A stretch of DNA of 64,000 nucleotides from Candidatus Hydrogenedentota bacterium (GTDB taxonomy: Bacteria; Hydrogenedentota; Hydrogenedentia; Hydrogenedentales; SLHB01). Positions 47,818 to 59,395 of this stretch are shown here, piece after piece. Below the pieces are notes generated by a model. The model made no database searches. It was not told where the DNA came from and saw only the letters and a list, made by a program, of their open reading frames with translations. Location: the NCBI GenBank assembly GCA_963745075.1, contig CAVUWV010000036.1, positions 32,001-96,000 of the forward strand, given 5' to 3'. The translations under genes and the position numbers were made by a program. Every line of letters starts with the position of its first letter. The first letter of the stretch is position 1.

Positions 47818-50463
47818 ATGATACGGCGAAGCCGACTCGTCCTATGCGTAATTCCGTGGTTGTTCACGACGGCTTACGCCGCCGAACACATCGTTCCCAG
47901 GGACTTCGAAACCATCCAGGCCGCCATCGACGCCTCCCAGCCCGGCGACGTGATCCACGTCAACGCTGGCACGTATAGCGAGGCCCTTGTCCTGAAGAGC
48001 GGCATCCGTATCGAAGGCGCGGGCGCAGAATCGACCATCGTGCAGTGCGAGCCGTTGAAGGATTCCGCGATATTTGCCAGCGACGTCTCCGACACATCCA
48101 TATCCGGCCTTACCTTCCAGCAGTTGCCGCTCGCCGGGGATCCCGACAGGGTGTTGTTTCCCAACTCCGTCGTAATGCTTTTCAATAGTAACGTGCTGTT
48201 TTCGGATTGCTCGATACGAGACGGTGCCTGTCACGGTGTTTACATGAGCGGCGGTGCACCAACCTTCAATAACGTGCGCATCGAGAACAACGGATGGTCC
48301 GGCGTATACGTTAGCGCCGGAGAAGCGCAACCGGAATTCATCGGATGCACGATGCGTAACAACAAAGGTTCGGGCGTTGTCTTGAGCGGGCCGGACGTGC
48401 ACGCGACGGCGCGGAACTGTGTCATGGAGGACAACGAGTGGTATGGGATCTACGTGGGCAAAGACGCTTACGTCGGCGGTTTGGGAAATGATTTTACACG
48501 GAACGGCATGATCGACCGTGATGAAGTGTCGTATCTGTGGAATACGAAAGACTACACCGAACTCGAGGAACTCGCCAAGCGACTGCGTTCCGAAAAGTCC
48601 CGGTTTCAATCCGGGGAGTGGCAGTTGAAACCGTTTTACAATTGGCTGGAAAAATCCGGTGACTTCAGGAGCGATGAAGAGGAGGAGGCCTTCCTTGCGC
48701 AAATCGACGAATGGAAGGCCAAGTATCCCGATTCGTTAACCTGGCGGATTATCTTGGCGGATTCCTACTACGATCGCGCCTGGGACTACCGGGGATCCGG
48801 ATATTCGAATACCGTCACGCAGGAGGGATGGCGTGGCTACGGTCAGTACATGGACAAAGCATGGGCCGTCATTGACGAGGCAGCGGCCATTCCAGAGAAA
48901 GACCCTGAGTATTACTTGCTGCGCGCTACGCTCACCATGGAATCGCCTCGCAGTGACTCCACACCGCGATCCTTTATCGGTGCGCTCGCCAGCCTGTTGA
49001 TGCCTTCGCTAGTGGGCGATCGGGAGCGCGCGCCCTTCCTGGAAGGGGTCGCATTGGAACCCCTGTACTATCCCCTGTACTACGCGCGCGTGCGACACCT
49101 GCTGCCCCGCTGGGGCGGCTCCCAAAGCGAGATGCTGCGGTTTGCCGAACGATCCGCCGACGACACCAAGGAACTTGCCGGAGACACGTTGTACGCCGTC
49201 ATCGCGACGCAAGTTGTCGTGTACGAAGGCAAAGAAGATTTCCGTTCCTATGGCTTTTCATGGCCCCGCATCCAACAGGGATACGAGGACATTCTGAACG
49301 CGTATCCGAAATCGGGGTGGAGGCTGAACAAGTACTGTTGGCTCGCCTGCGTGCATGACGACCGAGCGAAGGCCGCCGAGCTTTTCGAACGGCTGGGCGA
49401 TGCCTGGGATTCTTCCGTATTGGATTCGCAGACGCGGTACGAAGCCTATCGTGAATGGGCCGCGGAGGGGAAACCCTACCCAGGCCCCTCTCCCCTCGAA
49501 ACGGCCATCCGGGAAGGCGCGTATTTGAAGGTGGTCCAACTGCTTGACACGGGCACGGACCCGAACTCGACCGATCTTGACGGCGATCCCCTTCTCCAAA
49601 TTGCGATTGCCCAAGATGAGCCCGCGATCTTTGAACGCCTGTTGGAGGCCGGCGCAAATCCGGACAGCAAGGACGAGGACGGAAAGTACACACTCGAGTA
49701 CGCGTTGGGCCAATCCGATAGCGAGTTCGTCGAACTGCTTTTTGAACATCAGGCAAATCCGGAACCCGACGGCGATGCGACCTGGACGCCGTTGGCCGAG
49801 GTCGTTGCGTGGGAAAACTATGAGTACGTCAAACCGTTGCTCGACGCCGGCGCCAATCCGGATGGCGGAACGCGTTACCCCGGCGGTCCCCTCGATCAGG
49901 CCACACGAAACGGCAGGGCCGATGTGGTCCGTGTTTTGATCGGTCACGGGGCCGATGTGAATCTGAAACTTCCCGATCAATCGTCCATCCTAACCACCGC
50001 CGTGGAACTGAAGAATGTCGAAATCGCCAAAATCCTTCTGGACGCCGGCGCCGACCCCAATCTCGCCAGCACTCAGGGGTGGACTCCGCTTTTCGCCGCG
50101 GCGGATGTGGGCGACCTCGAACTGGCCAAACTCCTGGTCGAGCACGGCGCCGACGTCAATGCGAAGGAATTTGACGGCTGGTCGGTTTTTCACATGGCGA
50201 CCATGTCGGGCGCGACCCCGGTGGTCAAGTACCTGCTGGAACGCAGTCCGGAAGGCGCACTTTTCGTGGCGGACGTCAGCGGCCGCACGTTACTGCATCA
50301 GGCCGCCAAGAGCGGGTACCTTGACCTCGCGCGGATCTACGTCGATTGCGGGGTCGACGTCAACGCCGTCGAGACCGAATCCGGCAAGACGGCCCTCGAC
50401 TATGCCGTCGAAGGCAACCACCGGGCCATCGCAGAGCTGTTAAGGGAACACGGCGCTGAGTAA
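47818..50463 (+). CDS. Secreted multidomain protein: right-handed beta-helix + DUF4034-like + ankyrin repeats
   Basis: TIQAAID..GDVIHV..GTY beta-helix; AWDYRGSGY and PRWGGS; multiple GWTPL / GADVN repeats. Confidence 0.8.
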   Translation: MIRRSRLVLCVIPWLFTTAYAAEHIVPRDFETIQAAIDASQPGDVIHVNAGTYSEALVLKSGIRIEGAGAESTIVQCEPLKDSAIFASDVSDTSISGLTFQQLPLAGDPDRVLFPNSVVMLFNSNVLFSDCSIRDGACHGVYMSGGAPTFNNVRIENNGWSGVYVSAGEAQPEFIGCTMRNNKGSGVVLSGPDVHATARNCVMEDNEWYGIYVGKDAYVGGLGNDFTRNGMIDRDEVSYLWNTKDYTELEELAKRLRSEKSRFQSGEWQLKPFYNWLEKSGDFRSDEEEEAFLAQIDEWKAKYPDSLTWRIILADSYYDRAWDYRGSGYSNTVTQEGWRGYGQYMDKAWAVIDEAAAIPEKDPEYYLLRATLTMESPRSDSTPRSFIGALASLLMPSLVGDRERAPFLEGVALEPLYYPLYYARVRHLLPRWGGSQSEMLRFAERSADDTKELAGDTLYAVIATQVVVYEGKEDFRSYGFSWPRIQQGYEDILNAYPKSGWRLNKYCWLACVHDDRAKAAELFERLGDAWDSSVLDSQTRYEAYREWAAEGKPYPGPSPLETAIREGAYLKVVQLLDTGTDPNSTDLDGDPLLQIAIAQDEPAIFERLLEAGANPDSKDEDGKYTLEYALGQSDSEFVELLFEHQANPEPDGDATWTPLAEVVAWENYEYVKPLLDAGANPDGGTRYPGGPLDQATRNGRADVVRVLIGHGADVNLKLPDQSSILTTAVELKNVEIAKILLDAGADPNLASTQGWTPLFAAADVGDLELAKLLVEHGADVNAKEFDGWSVFHMATMSGATPVVKYLLERSPEGALFVADVSGRTLLHQAAKSGYLDLARIYVDCGVDVNAVETESGKTALDYAVEGNHRAIAELLREHGAE

Positions 50464-52732
50464 GACGGCGCGACACGATGCTTTCGCGGCTGCCGGCATT
50501 GTTGCGCTCGGTCTCGCCGTCTTTATCGATGTATTCATGCACGGTGGCGATACCGTTGCCGGGTTCGCCTCGTCGGACGTGCTCGACTACTTCGGCCCCG
50601 TGCGCGGGTTCGCGTTCGGCGAAATCGCCCGCGGCAATTTTCCCCTGTGGGACCCGCACATCTTTGCCGGCAAACCGTGCTTCGGCGCCTTTCAAGCCGG
50701 GCTTCTCTACCCCCTGAACGCAATCTACCTCGTCCTGCCACTGGCAATGGCCGTAAACGCCGATCTCTGGCTTCACGTGACGCTGTTCGGACTCGCCATG
50801 TATGCGTGGGCGCGCAATGCCCTCTCGCCCCTTCCGGCGTTTTACGCCGCGATCGTCGCCATGTTCGGGCCGTACTTCCTCCACGTCATGTGCGGGCACC
50901 TGCCGATGCTCGCCTGTCTGGCGTGGACGCCGCTCCTCTTTCTCGCCTACGACCGGTTGCGGGCGGGCGGGGGATTAGGCTGGGTACTGGTCGGCACCGG
51001 CAGCGCGGCAATGCAGGCGCTGGCCGGCTGGCCCCAAGGCATCTTCATGACTACCGTCGTGTTCGGCCTGTACTGGGCGCTGACCGTCCCCTCCGCAACG
51101 CATCGCCTCCGCGTCACCGGACTAGTCATCATCATCGCGGTGTCCGCTGCCCTGATGGGCGCCGCACAACTGTGGACCGGCATAGAAACCAGCGCCGAAA
51201 GCGTGCGTGGGTCCGGGTTGCCCTACGGCTTTGTGATGAGCTTCAGCCTGCCGCGCGAAAACCTCCTCACCTTCTTGGCCCCCGGTGTCTTCGGCGACGA
51301 CCACCATGTCCCCTACTTCGCGTGGAACCACTTCTGGGAGGCCTGCGCATTCGTGGGGATTGCCACGCTAGTCCTGGCGGCCTTCGGTACCCTCACCGCG
51401 CCGTGGTCGCGAAAATACGTGTTGCTTGCCATGGCGTTCGTGCTGCTCGTGTTGACGCTGGGCGCGTATACTCCGCTCTTTCGCATCCTCTACACCTGGG
51501 CACCCGGATTCGACCGCTTGCGCGCCATGGGCCGGTTTGCCATCTTCTTCTCCATGTTCGCCGCCTTGCTCGCGGGCGAAGGCATCCGAATGCTCCTCAC
51601 TGGGCGTCGCGACCACCTCGGCCCGATCGCGGGCGGTCTCCTCCTACTGGCTGCGGCGCTCGCCTTTGCCGGCCTCGTGACCGCCGCGCCACTGATGTCC
51701 GGCGCGCCTGTCCCCGCATGGATCGGCGCCATGCGGCAGTCCTTTATCGACACCTGGCCCTCCCGTTTTCCGGAGATGCGCGCGCAGGTGGCGTATTCCG
51801 CCTACGCGTTGGAAATCGCCGCGATGACCTGCGTCGTTCTATCCGTCCTTTGCCTGATCGCAAAGAAACGCGCGTGGGCGATTAGCGTGTTGATCGCGTT
51901 TGGCGTCATGGAGATCGGGGTCTTCGCGCGAACACACCGGGGAATGGCACATCTGAACGACACGGCCGCCGCGACGGTTGCGCAAATCTACGCCAGAGAT
52001 CCCGGCGACTATCGCGTCCTCATGCGCGCGGACTACGACGCCCCCATAACCGCCGGCGGGTACGGCGTCTGGGGGTACGATGCGCTCATCCCCGATCGGT
52101 ACGCCCAGTTCTTTGGCCATAGTCTGGGACTCGAAGAACGTGTTGTCGACACGGTCGTGCCCCGCCTTCGGTACCGCCCCATGCACCGAATCGTACGATG
52201 TAAATATGTGGTACCAAACCCGAAATCCAACAAGCCCCCACACGAAGTGCCCGACCCCATGCCCCATTACTTCGTCGTGCACGAGTACCACGTCGCTACA
52301 GGCCAGGAGTCCGTCTTCGCGGCCATGGACCAGGAGACCTTCGACCCGGAACGGACGGTCATACTCGAACAAGAACCCGAACCAAAACCCCAATCCGCTC
52401 CCGGCGAAGACTCCATTCGCATCATAGCCGGCGACACGGATCACACGGTCCTCGAAGCGGTTCTGGCAAGCCCGGGCATTCTCGTCGTCACCGACAGCTA
52501 CGCGAAAAGCTGGCGGGTGCGCCCTGCCGGCGTCGACCCTCCCCAGGAACGGTACGACCTGTTGCCCGCGAATTACGCGCTTCGTGCCGTACCGCTTGCC
52601 GCCGGCGATCATCGCATCGTAATGGAATATGCACCACCCGGTTACGTCTACGGGCGGTGGATCACGCTCGCCGCATGGATTGGATTCGGCCTGGCCTGCA
52701 CGTCTTGGCTGCTTCGTTATAAAGCGTTCTAA
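50456..52732 (+). CDS. YfhO-like polytopic membrane protein (putative GT-C glycosyltransferase)
   Basis: PLWDPHIFAGKP, LYPLN, many TM helices, C-terminal DSY..W..ANYALRAVPL.AG.H.I.MEY.P; start possibly CTG 50456 (first ATG is 50537). Confidence 0.8.
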   Translation: MSKTARHDAFAAAGIVALGLAVFIDVFMHGGDTVAGFASSDVLDYFGPVRGFAFGEIARGNFPLWDPHIFAGKPCFGAFQAGLLYPLNAIYLVLPLAMAVNADLWLHVTLFGLAMYAWARNALSPLPAFYAAIVAMFGPYFLHVMCGHLPMLACLAWTPLLFLAYDRLRAGGGLGWVLVGTGSAAMQALAGWPQGIFMTTVVFGLYWALTVPSATHRLRVTGLVIIIAVSAALMGAAQLWTGIETSAESVRGSGLPYGFVMSFSLPRENLLTFLAPGVFGDDHHVPYFAWNHFWEACAFVGIATLVLAAFGTLTAPWSRKYVLLAMAFVLLVLTLGAYTPLFRILYTWAPGFDRLRAMGRFAIFFSMFAALLAGEGIRMLLTGRRDHLGPIAGGLLLLAAALAFAGLVTAAPLMSGAPVPAWIGAMRQSFIDTWPSRFPEMRAQVAYSAYALEIAAMTCVVLSVLCLIAKKRAWAISVLIAFGVMEIGVFARTHRGMAHLNDTAAATVAQIYARDPGDYRVLMRADYDAPITAGGYGVWGYDALIPDRYAQFFGHSLGLEERVVDTVVPRLRYRPMHRIVRCKYVVPNPKSNKPPHEVPDPMPHYFVVHEYHVATGQESVFAAMDQETFDPERTVILEQEPEPKPQSAPGEDSIRIIAGDTDHTVLEAVLASPGILVVTDSYAKSWRVRPAGVDPPQERYDLLPANYALRAVPLAAGDHRIVMEYAPPGYVYGRWITLAAWIGFGLACTSWLLRYKAF

Positions 52733-53135
52733 GGCTTCTCGTAGCCGCCGCCGTCCTTTCGTACTCGGATCCGGTAACCCGAAGAGAATGCAATTCGCTT
52801 TGCCCTGCACACCATTTCTCGACCGTGTCAGAACGTCTGCTCTTGTCGAGTACGCGTAGGTAGTACGAGACCGAGTGCGGTTGAAGGGAGATAAAAGAAG
52901 TTAGAATGCTCCCGCTACGACCGATTTACCACCACCCAACCCGCCAATACCGCGGAACTCGGCGATTTCCGGGAAGTCCAGGATGCAAAGGGGTGTTAAC
53001 ATTAGGTATGATACGGTAGAATGGCTGCGCGAAGCGGCCAATTTGGCACAGCCAAGGCACAAACGAAGCCGAGGACTTCTTCCCCCCATGCGGGATGGTG
53101 GGCCCGCTCCCTAAAGACGGGCACACGAGGTAGTT

Positions 53136-56006
53136 ATGGATTCCAGCGGGAGTTCAACGCCCGAAGCAGGCAACGAACCCAATAGCCTGAGCCTTACCTT
53201 TATCGAGGGCCTGTACGAAGATTATCTCCGCGACCCCGCGCTGGTTCCGGATGAGTGGCGGACCTACTTTCGATCTCAGAACGGCGGCAATGCGACCGTT
53301 TCCAAGGCCGCTCCCGCCGCCGTGCTCGCCCCCACACCCCCGCGTCCTCACCGCGTCGTGCGTTCCCGGAAGAAGCGAACGCAAATCTGCAGCGTGTGCG
53401 GGCGCGAACGCGAGATCGGGTCCCTCCAACATCGCGTGGACATGCTAATCCGCAATTACCGCGTGTTAGGGCACAAGATCGCGCGCATCGATCCCCTGGG
53501 GATGCCGCGGCCCCGTAAACCGGAGTTGGACCCGGCCTATCACGGATTTGGCCCGGATGATATGGACCTCGAATTCGACGCGGACGCCCTGTCCACCACG
53601 GGCATCCTGCCGCTCCGCCAGATCATCCAACGGCTTCGCGCCACCTACTGCCGGTCCATCGGCGTGCAGTTCATGCACATCGAGGATTTATCCATCCGCG
53701 AGTGGTTGTACGACCGCATGGAGGGGTCCTGCAACCGCATTTCGCTGACCCGCGAACAGCAATTGCGCATTCTCACGCGGCTCACCGACGCGGTCATTTT
53801 CGAAGAGTTCATCCAGAAGAAATTCATTGGCGCAAAGAGCTTTTCACTCGAAGGGGCGGAAAGCGTCATCCCGCTGCTGGACCTGGCCATCGAAAAAGCC
53901 GGCGAACAAGACATCGACGAAATCGTCATCGGGATGGCCCATCGCGGCCGCTTGAATGTGCTGGCCAACATCATGGGCAAGAGCCCGAGCCTCATCTTCC
54001 GCGAGTTTGAAGACAAGGACGGCGAAATCAACCAGGGCCGGGGCGACGTGAAGTACCACCTCGGGTATCACACCGAGTGGATGACCCACAGCGGCCACAA
54101 GGTCCACATCGCCTTGGCGTTCAATCCCAGCCACCTCGAGTTCGTGAACCCCGTCGTGTTGGGCCGCGTACGTGCCCAGCAGGACCGCATCGGCGACCGG
54201 GAACGGGCGCGCGGCATGGCCCTGTTGATTCACGGCGACGCCGCCTTTGCCGGCGAGGGGATCGTGCAGGAGACCCTGAACCTGAGCGAGTTGGAAGCCT
54301 ACTCGACGGGCGGCACATTGCACGTCGTCATCAACAACCAGATCGGGTTTACCACCACGCCCGCCGAGTCACGCTCCAGTGTGTACGCAACGGACGTCGC
54401 AAAGATGCTGCAAAGCCCCGTCCTCCACGTGAACGGCGAGGATCCCGAAGCGGTGGCGCAGGCTGTCAATCTGGCGATGGAATTCCGGCGGTCCTTCCGG
54501 CGCGACGTGGTGATCGACATGTACTGCTATCGCCGGCGCGGCCACAACGAAGGCGATGAGCCGGCGTTCACGCAACCTGTGTTGTATCGAGCCATCGAGA
54601 AGCGCAAGCCGGTGCGCGAAGCCTACCTGGAACACCTGTTGACCTTGGGTGGCGTCACGCGCGCGGAAGCCGAAGAAATCGCCGTGCGGCGCCGCGAGAT
54701 TCTCGAAGAAGAACTGGCCGTGGCGCGTCGCGAGGACGGGCCGCGTCCGCCGAGCGCGTTGCGCGGAATCTGGGCCAACTACAAAGGCGGCGCCGACCGC
54801 GAAGTCCCCGACGTGGATACGGGCATCGACAAGGCGCGTCTTTCCGCGCTGCTCGAATCCACCACGCGCTACCCTGAAAACTTCCATCCGAACCCGAAGC
54901 TCGTTCGGCAACTGGACCATCGCAAAAAGATGGCCGCGGGCGAGGCCCCGCTGGACTGGGCCGCTGCCGAAGCCTTGGCATTGGGTACCCTGGCGACGGA
55001 AGGCGCGCGTATCCGACTCACGGGGCAGGACAGCGAGCGCGGCACGTTCAGTCATCGTCACGCAGTACTGCATGATGTCGAGTCCGGTCAGGGATATATG
55101 CCTTTGCGGCACCTGTCCAAGGATCAAGCGCCCGTCGAGATCTATAACAGCCCTCTGGCCGAGGCGAGCGTCCTCGGGTTCGAGTATGGATACAGCATTG
55201 CGTATCCCGACGGTCTGATCATGTGGGAGGCCCAGTTCGGCGACTTTGTGAACGCAGCCCAAGTGATCATCGATCAGTTCATCTCCAGCGCCGAAGATAA
55301 GTGGCGCAGCCTGTCCGGACTCACCATGCTGCTCCCCCACGGCTTCGAGGGCATGGGTCCGGAACATTCCAGCGCGCGTATCGAACGTTTCTTCTCATTG
55401 ACCGCGGAAGACAACTTCCAGGTCTGCATCCCGTCCACCCCCGCGCAGTTGTTCCATTGCCTGCGCCGGCAGGTGGTTCGACCCTGGCGCAAACCGCTCG
55501 TCGTGTTGACCCCGAAAAGCTTGCTGCGCCATCCAAAGTGCGTATCGACCCTGGATGAACTCGCGGAAGGCGGGTTCCGCCGCGTGTTGCCGGACGCCAA
55601 CGGCATCTGTGGCGACGTGGAACGCGTCCTTCTGTGCAGCGGCAAAATCTACTACGATTTGGTGGAGGAGCGCGAGCGCCTCGACCGGGACGACGTGGCC
55701 ATCCTGCGCGTCGAACAAATGTACCCGCTGCAGCCGGAAGACTTGCAGGCCGCCCTCGAACCGTATCCCGACAACACGCCGGTCTTCTGGGTCCAGGAAG
55801 AACCGGAGAACATGGGCGCCTGGCGCCGGATGCGCGGCAAGTTTGGCTATATCTTGCTGGGCCGGCTTCCGTTCTACGGCGTATACCGGCCCGCGTCGGC
55901 GAGTCCCGCAACAGGATCATCCGCCAGCCATAAGATCGAGCAACGGGCGCTGTTGGACGAGGCTTTCGGAGAACCAGTCGGTTTCTCCTCGAAGTACGAC
56001 TCCTGA
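53136..56006 (+). CDS. sucA: 2-oxoglutarate dehydrogenase E1
   Basis: [45 protein letters not shown]. Confidence 0.97.
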   Translation: MDSSGSSTPEAGNEPNSLSLTFIEGLYEDYLRDPALVPDEWRTYFRSQNGGNATVSKAAPAAVLAPTPPRPHRVVRSRKKRTQICSVCGREREIGSLQHRVDMLIRNYRVLGHKIARIDPLGMPRPRKPELDPAYHGFGPDDMDLEFDADALSTTGILPLRQIIQRLRATYCRSIGVQFMHIEDLSIREWLYDRMEGSCNRISLTREQQLRILTRLTDAVIFEEFIQKKFIGAKSFSLEGAESVIPLLDLAIEKAGEQDIDEIVIGMAHRGRLNVLANIMGKSPSLIFREFEDKDGEINQGRGDVKYHLGYHTEWMTHSGHKVHIALAFNPSHLEFVNPVVLGRVRAQQDRIGDRERARGMALLIHGDAAFAGEGIVQETLNLSELEAYSTGGTLHVVINNQIGFTTTPAESRSSVYATDVAKMLQSPVLHVNGEDPEAVAQAVNLAMEFRRSFRRDVVIDMYCYRRRGHNEGDEPAFTQPVLYRAIEKRKPVREAYLEHLLTLGGVTRAEAEEIAVRRREILEEELAVARREDGPRPPSALRGIWANYKGGADREVPDVDTGIDKARLSALLESTTRYPENFHPNPKLVRQLDHRKKMAAGEAPLDWAAAEALALGTLATEGARIRLTGQDSERGTFSHRHAVLHDVESGQGYMPLRHLSKDQAPVEIYNSPLAEASVLGFEYGYSIAYPDGLIMWEAQFGDFVNAAQVIIDQFISSAEDKWRSLSGLTMLLPHGFEGMGPEHSSARIERFFSLTAEDNFQVCIPSTPAQLFHCLRRQVVRPWRKPLVVLTPKSLLRHPKCVSTLDELAEGGFRRVLPDANGICGDVERVLLCSGKIYYDLVEERERLDRDDVAILRVEQMYPLQPEDLQAALEPYPDNTPVFWVQEEPENMGAWRRMRGKFGYILLGRLPFYGVYRPASASPATGSSASHKIEQRALLDEAFGEPVGFSSKYDS

Positions 56007-56106
56007 TTTCTGGCGATGCAAGTACCGGCGTTTCGAAAAGCAACTATGCGGACGGTCCACGCGGCCCGTGGCCCCGTCCTCAATCGACTCAGGGAGACCA
56101 GACGGA

Positions 56107-57471
56107 ATGGCCGTTGAACTGAAAGTCCCCACGGTAGGCGAATCCATCACGGAAGTGCATATCGGCCCGTGGAAGAAAGGGTCCGGCGACTGGGTCGACC
56201 GGGACGAAGCCGTGGTCGAACTGGAATCGGACAAGGCGACCGTCGAGCTACCCGCGCCCATCGCCGGCACGATCACCGAGATCCTGAAAAAGGAAGGGGA
56301 CATGGCCGGCGTCGGCGAAGTCATCGGCTACATGGAAGAGTCCGCCAAGCCCTCCGACGGCAAACCTGCGAAGAAATCCGAACCCAAGAAAGAAGAAACG
56401 CCGGCAGAGCAACAAAAGGTCGAGAGTAGGGAAGAAGCTGAGACGGAACATAAGGAGGAGAAGCCCGCCGAAAAGAAGGCTACCCCGCCGCCCCCTGCGG
56501 AATCGAGAGACGAAACCGGGCGGAAAGCCGCTGACGAGGAAGAACCCGATACCGCCAAAGACGGGTCCCGGGTGGCGCCGGCGGCACGCCGACTTATGGC
56601 GGAACATGAATTGTCCGCCGACGACGTCGAAGGCAGTGGTCCAGGCGGGCGCATCTTGAAAGAAGACGTCATGCGGGCCGTGTCGAGAGACCGCCTGCGC
56701 GACGAACAAGAAGAAGAGGCGGCGCCCAAACCCGAAGCAGCCCCGCAACCGGCGAAGGCCCCGTCGGGGACGCGCGACGAAGAAAGCGTTCCCATGACGC
56801 CCATGCGGCGACGTATCGCCGAGCGTCTGGTCGAGGCCCAGCACACGGGCGCGCTGCTCACCACCTTCAACGAAATCGACATGGGCGACGTGATGGCGTG
56901 GCGCGAGGAGCACAAGGCCGAGTTTCAGGAGAAGCACGGCGTCAAGCTCGGCTACATGTCATTCTTCGTGAAGGCGTGCGTCGAAGCGCTCAAAGCCTAT
57001 CCCAAAGTCAACGCCGAAATCCGCCAGGAAGACATCATCTATCACCAGTACTGCGACATCGGGATCGCGGTGAGCAGCGGCAAGGGGCTGGTCGTGCCGG
57101 TCCTGCGCAACACCGAAAATATGTCTTTCGCAGATATCGAAAAGCAGATCGCCGATTTCGGCGCGCGGGCGAAGGAAAACAAGATTAAACTCGAAGAACT
57201 CGAGGGCGGCACCTTCACCATCAGCAACGGCGGCGTCTTCGGATCGCTGTTGTCGACCCCGATCGTCAACCCGCCGCAAAGCGGCATCCTCGGCTTGCAT
57301 GCCATCCAGGACCGCCCGGTGGCGATCGACGGGCAGGTGGTCATCCGCCCCATGATGTATGTGGCGCTCACCTACGATCATCGCATCGTGGACGGGCGCG
57401 AAGCGGTCACTTTTTTACGGCGCATCAAGGAATCCATCGAGAAGCCGGCGCGCCTGTTACTCGAACTCTGA
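56107..57471 (+). CDS. sucB: Dihydrolipoamide succinyltransferase E2
   Basis: Lipoyl motif ESDKA, E3-binding [21 protein letters not shown]. Confidence 0.96.
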   Translation: MAVELKVPTVGESITEVHIGPWKKGSGDWVDRDEAVVELESDKATVELPAPIAGTITEILKKEGDMAGVGEVIGYMEESAKPSDGKPAKKSEPKKEETPAEQQKVESREEAETEHKEEKPAEKKATPPPPAESRDETGRKAADEEEPDTAKDGSRVAPAARRLMAEHELSADDVEGSGPGGRILKEDVMRAVSRDRLRDEQEEEAAPKPEAAPQPAKAPSGTRDEESVPMTPMRRRIAERLVEAQHTGALLTTFNEIDMGDVMAWREEHKAEFQEKHGVKLGYMSFFVKACVEALKAYPKVNAEIRQEDIIYHQYCDIGIAVSSGKGLVVPVLRNTENMSFADIEKQIADFGARAKENKIKLEELEGGTFTISNGGVFGSLLSTPIVNPPQSGILGLHAIQDRPVAIDGQVVIRPMMYVALTYDHRIVDGREAVTFLRRIKESIEKPARLLLEL

Positions 57472-57480
57472 GAGGCACGC

Positions 57481-58014
57481 ATGGTTCAGTTCGTATCAGG
57501 CCCCAGAATAGCCAGCATCGGAAGCATCATTGTCGCGACGGTGGGCATCGACCAGTCGACGAAGTTCATCGCCCACGCCACGCTGCGACACAACCACGGA
57601 TCCATCCCGATTCTCGGCCAACTCTTCGAGTTGCGCTACGCGGAAAACACCGGGGGGTTTCTGAGCCTCGGCGCGTCGCTCCCCGACGGCGCGCGGTTCT
57701 GGTTGCTGACGGTATTTACTGCGGTCGTCCTGACGGGCATCGCGTACGTCCTGCTCACGAACCGCGGACTTCCGCGACCCGACGTCGTGTCGCTCAGTCT
57801 GTTGCTGGGCGGCGGCGTGGGGAACCTCATCGACCGCGTCTTCCGCGACGGGACCGTGGTGGACTTCATGGTCATGGGAATCGGGCGGCTTCATACCGGC
57901 GTGTTCAACGTGGCGGATACGGCGGTGATGGCCGGGATCTTTTTGTTGTTTGCGAGCAAGCTGTTCGCGCCTGCCGGAGAGGAAGGAGTGGCCCATGGAA
58001 CGCAAGACTCATGA
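57481..58014 (+). CDS. lspA: Lipoprotein signal peptidase II
   Basis: DQSTK, NTGGFLS, GGVGNLIDR, VVDF, FNVAD. Confidence 0.92.
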   Translation: MVQFVSGPRIASIGSIIVATVGIDQSTKFIAHATLRHNHGSIPILGQLFELRYAENTGGFLSLGASLPDGARFWLLTVFTAVVLTGIAYVLLTNRGLPRPDVVSLSLLLGGGVGNLIDRVFRDGTVVDFMVMGIGRLHTGVFNVADTAVMAGIFLLFASKLFAPAGEEGVAHGTQDS

Positions 58015-59383
58015 CCTCGTCGTGATCGGCGCCGGCCCGGGCGGCTACGTTGCCGCCATCCGTGCCGCGCAACTCGGCATGAACGTGGCCTGTATCGAGA
58101 AGGAGAAACCCCTCGGCGGTACCTGCCTGCGCGTCGGCTGTATCCCCAGCAAGGCTCTCCTGGAATCCTCGGAACAATTCGTGGTCGCCCATCACGAGCT
58201 CAAGGGCCACGGCGTCAAGGTGAGTTCCGTCGAACTCGATCTCGCGACGATGCTGAAGCGGAAAGACGGCGTCGTTCGCACGTTGACCCAAGGCATCGCC
58301 GGGTTGTTCAAGAAGAACCAGATCACCCGTTACGAAGGTACCGGCCGCATCGCCGGACCCGGACGCATCGTTGTCGAAGGCACGGATAACGTCGAAATCG
58401 AAGCGACGCGCATCATCATCGCGACGGGTTCCAAGTCGGCGCCCTTGCCGGGTGTGGAAGTAGACGGCGACTACATCGGCACGAGCACGGAGGCGCTGTC
58501 CTACCCCGAGGTGCCGGAACATCTGGTCGTCATCGGCGCGGGCTATATCGGTCTCGAACTCGGCTCCGTGTGGCGGCGGCTCGGCGCGAAGGTAACGGTC
58601 CTCGAATATATGGACCGCATTCTTCCCGGCATGGATCGGGAACTGTCCCAGGAAGCAGAAAAGATCTTCAAGAAACAGGGCCTCACGTTCCAACTGGGAT
58701 GTAAGGTTACCGGCGCCCACGTGAAAGACGGCGTGTGCACGGTCGAGGTCGATGGCCAGGATCCCATCACCTGCGACCGCGTGCTCCTCGCGGTCGGCCG
58801 CGTGCCGAACACGGACGGCCTTGGACTGGAAACGGTCGGCATCGAATTGGAAAAGCGCGGGACGATCCCGGTGAACGAGTATTTCGCCACAACCGCCGAC
58901 AACATCTACGCTATCGGCGACGTGATTCGCGGTCCCATGCTCGCCCACAAGGCGGAAGAAGAAGGCATGGCCTGCGTGGAACACATCGCCACCGGCTACG
59001 GCGAAGTGAACTACGACGCCATCCCCGGCGTGGTCTACACCCATCCGGAGATCGCCTCGGTCGGCAAAACGGAAGAGCAACTCAAAGAGCTGGAGGTGGT
59101 TTACACGAAGGGCGTCTTTCCCTTCATCGCCAACGGCCGCGCCCGTGCCCTCGGCCAGACCGAAGGCCGCGTCAAGATCCTCGCCGACGCCTCCACCGAC
59201 CGCGTGCTCGGCGTCCACATCATCGGCCCCCGCGCCGGCGACCTCATCGCCGAAGTGACCCTCGCCATGGAATTCGGCGCCAGCAGCGAAGACATCGCCC
59301 GCACCTGCCACGCCCACCCGACCCTGGCCGAAGTCGTCAAAGAAGCCGCCCTCGCCGTCGCCAAGCGCGAGATTCATATCTAG
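57995..59383 (+). CDS. lpdA: Dihydrolipoyl dehydrogenase E3
   Basis: GAGPGGYVAA, GGTCLRVGCIPSK, HAHPTLAE. Confidence 0.96.
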   Translation: MERKTHDLVVIGAGPGGYVAAIRAAQLGMNVACIEKEKPLGGTCLRVGCIPSKALLESSEQFVVAHHELKGHGVKVSSVELDLATMLKRKDGVVRTLTQGIAGLFKKNQITRYEGTGRIAGPGRIVVEGTDNVEIEATRIIIATGSKSAPLPGVEVDGDYIGTSTEALSYPEVPEHLVVIGAGYIGLELGSVWRRLGAKVTVLEYMDRILPGMDRELSQEAEKIFKKQGLTFQLGCKVTGAHVKDGVCTVEVDGQDPITCDRVLLAVGRVPNTDGLGLETVGIELEKRGTIPVNEYFATTADNIYAIGDVIRGPMLAHKAEEEGMACVEHIATGYGEVNYDAIPGVVYTHPEIASVGKTEEQLKELEVVYTKGVFPFIANGRARALGQTEGRVKILADASTDRVLGVHIIGPRAGDLIAEVTLAMEFGASSEDIARTCHAHPTLAEVVKEAALAVAKREIHI

Positions 59384-59395
59384 TTCATTCCAGAT

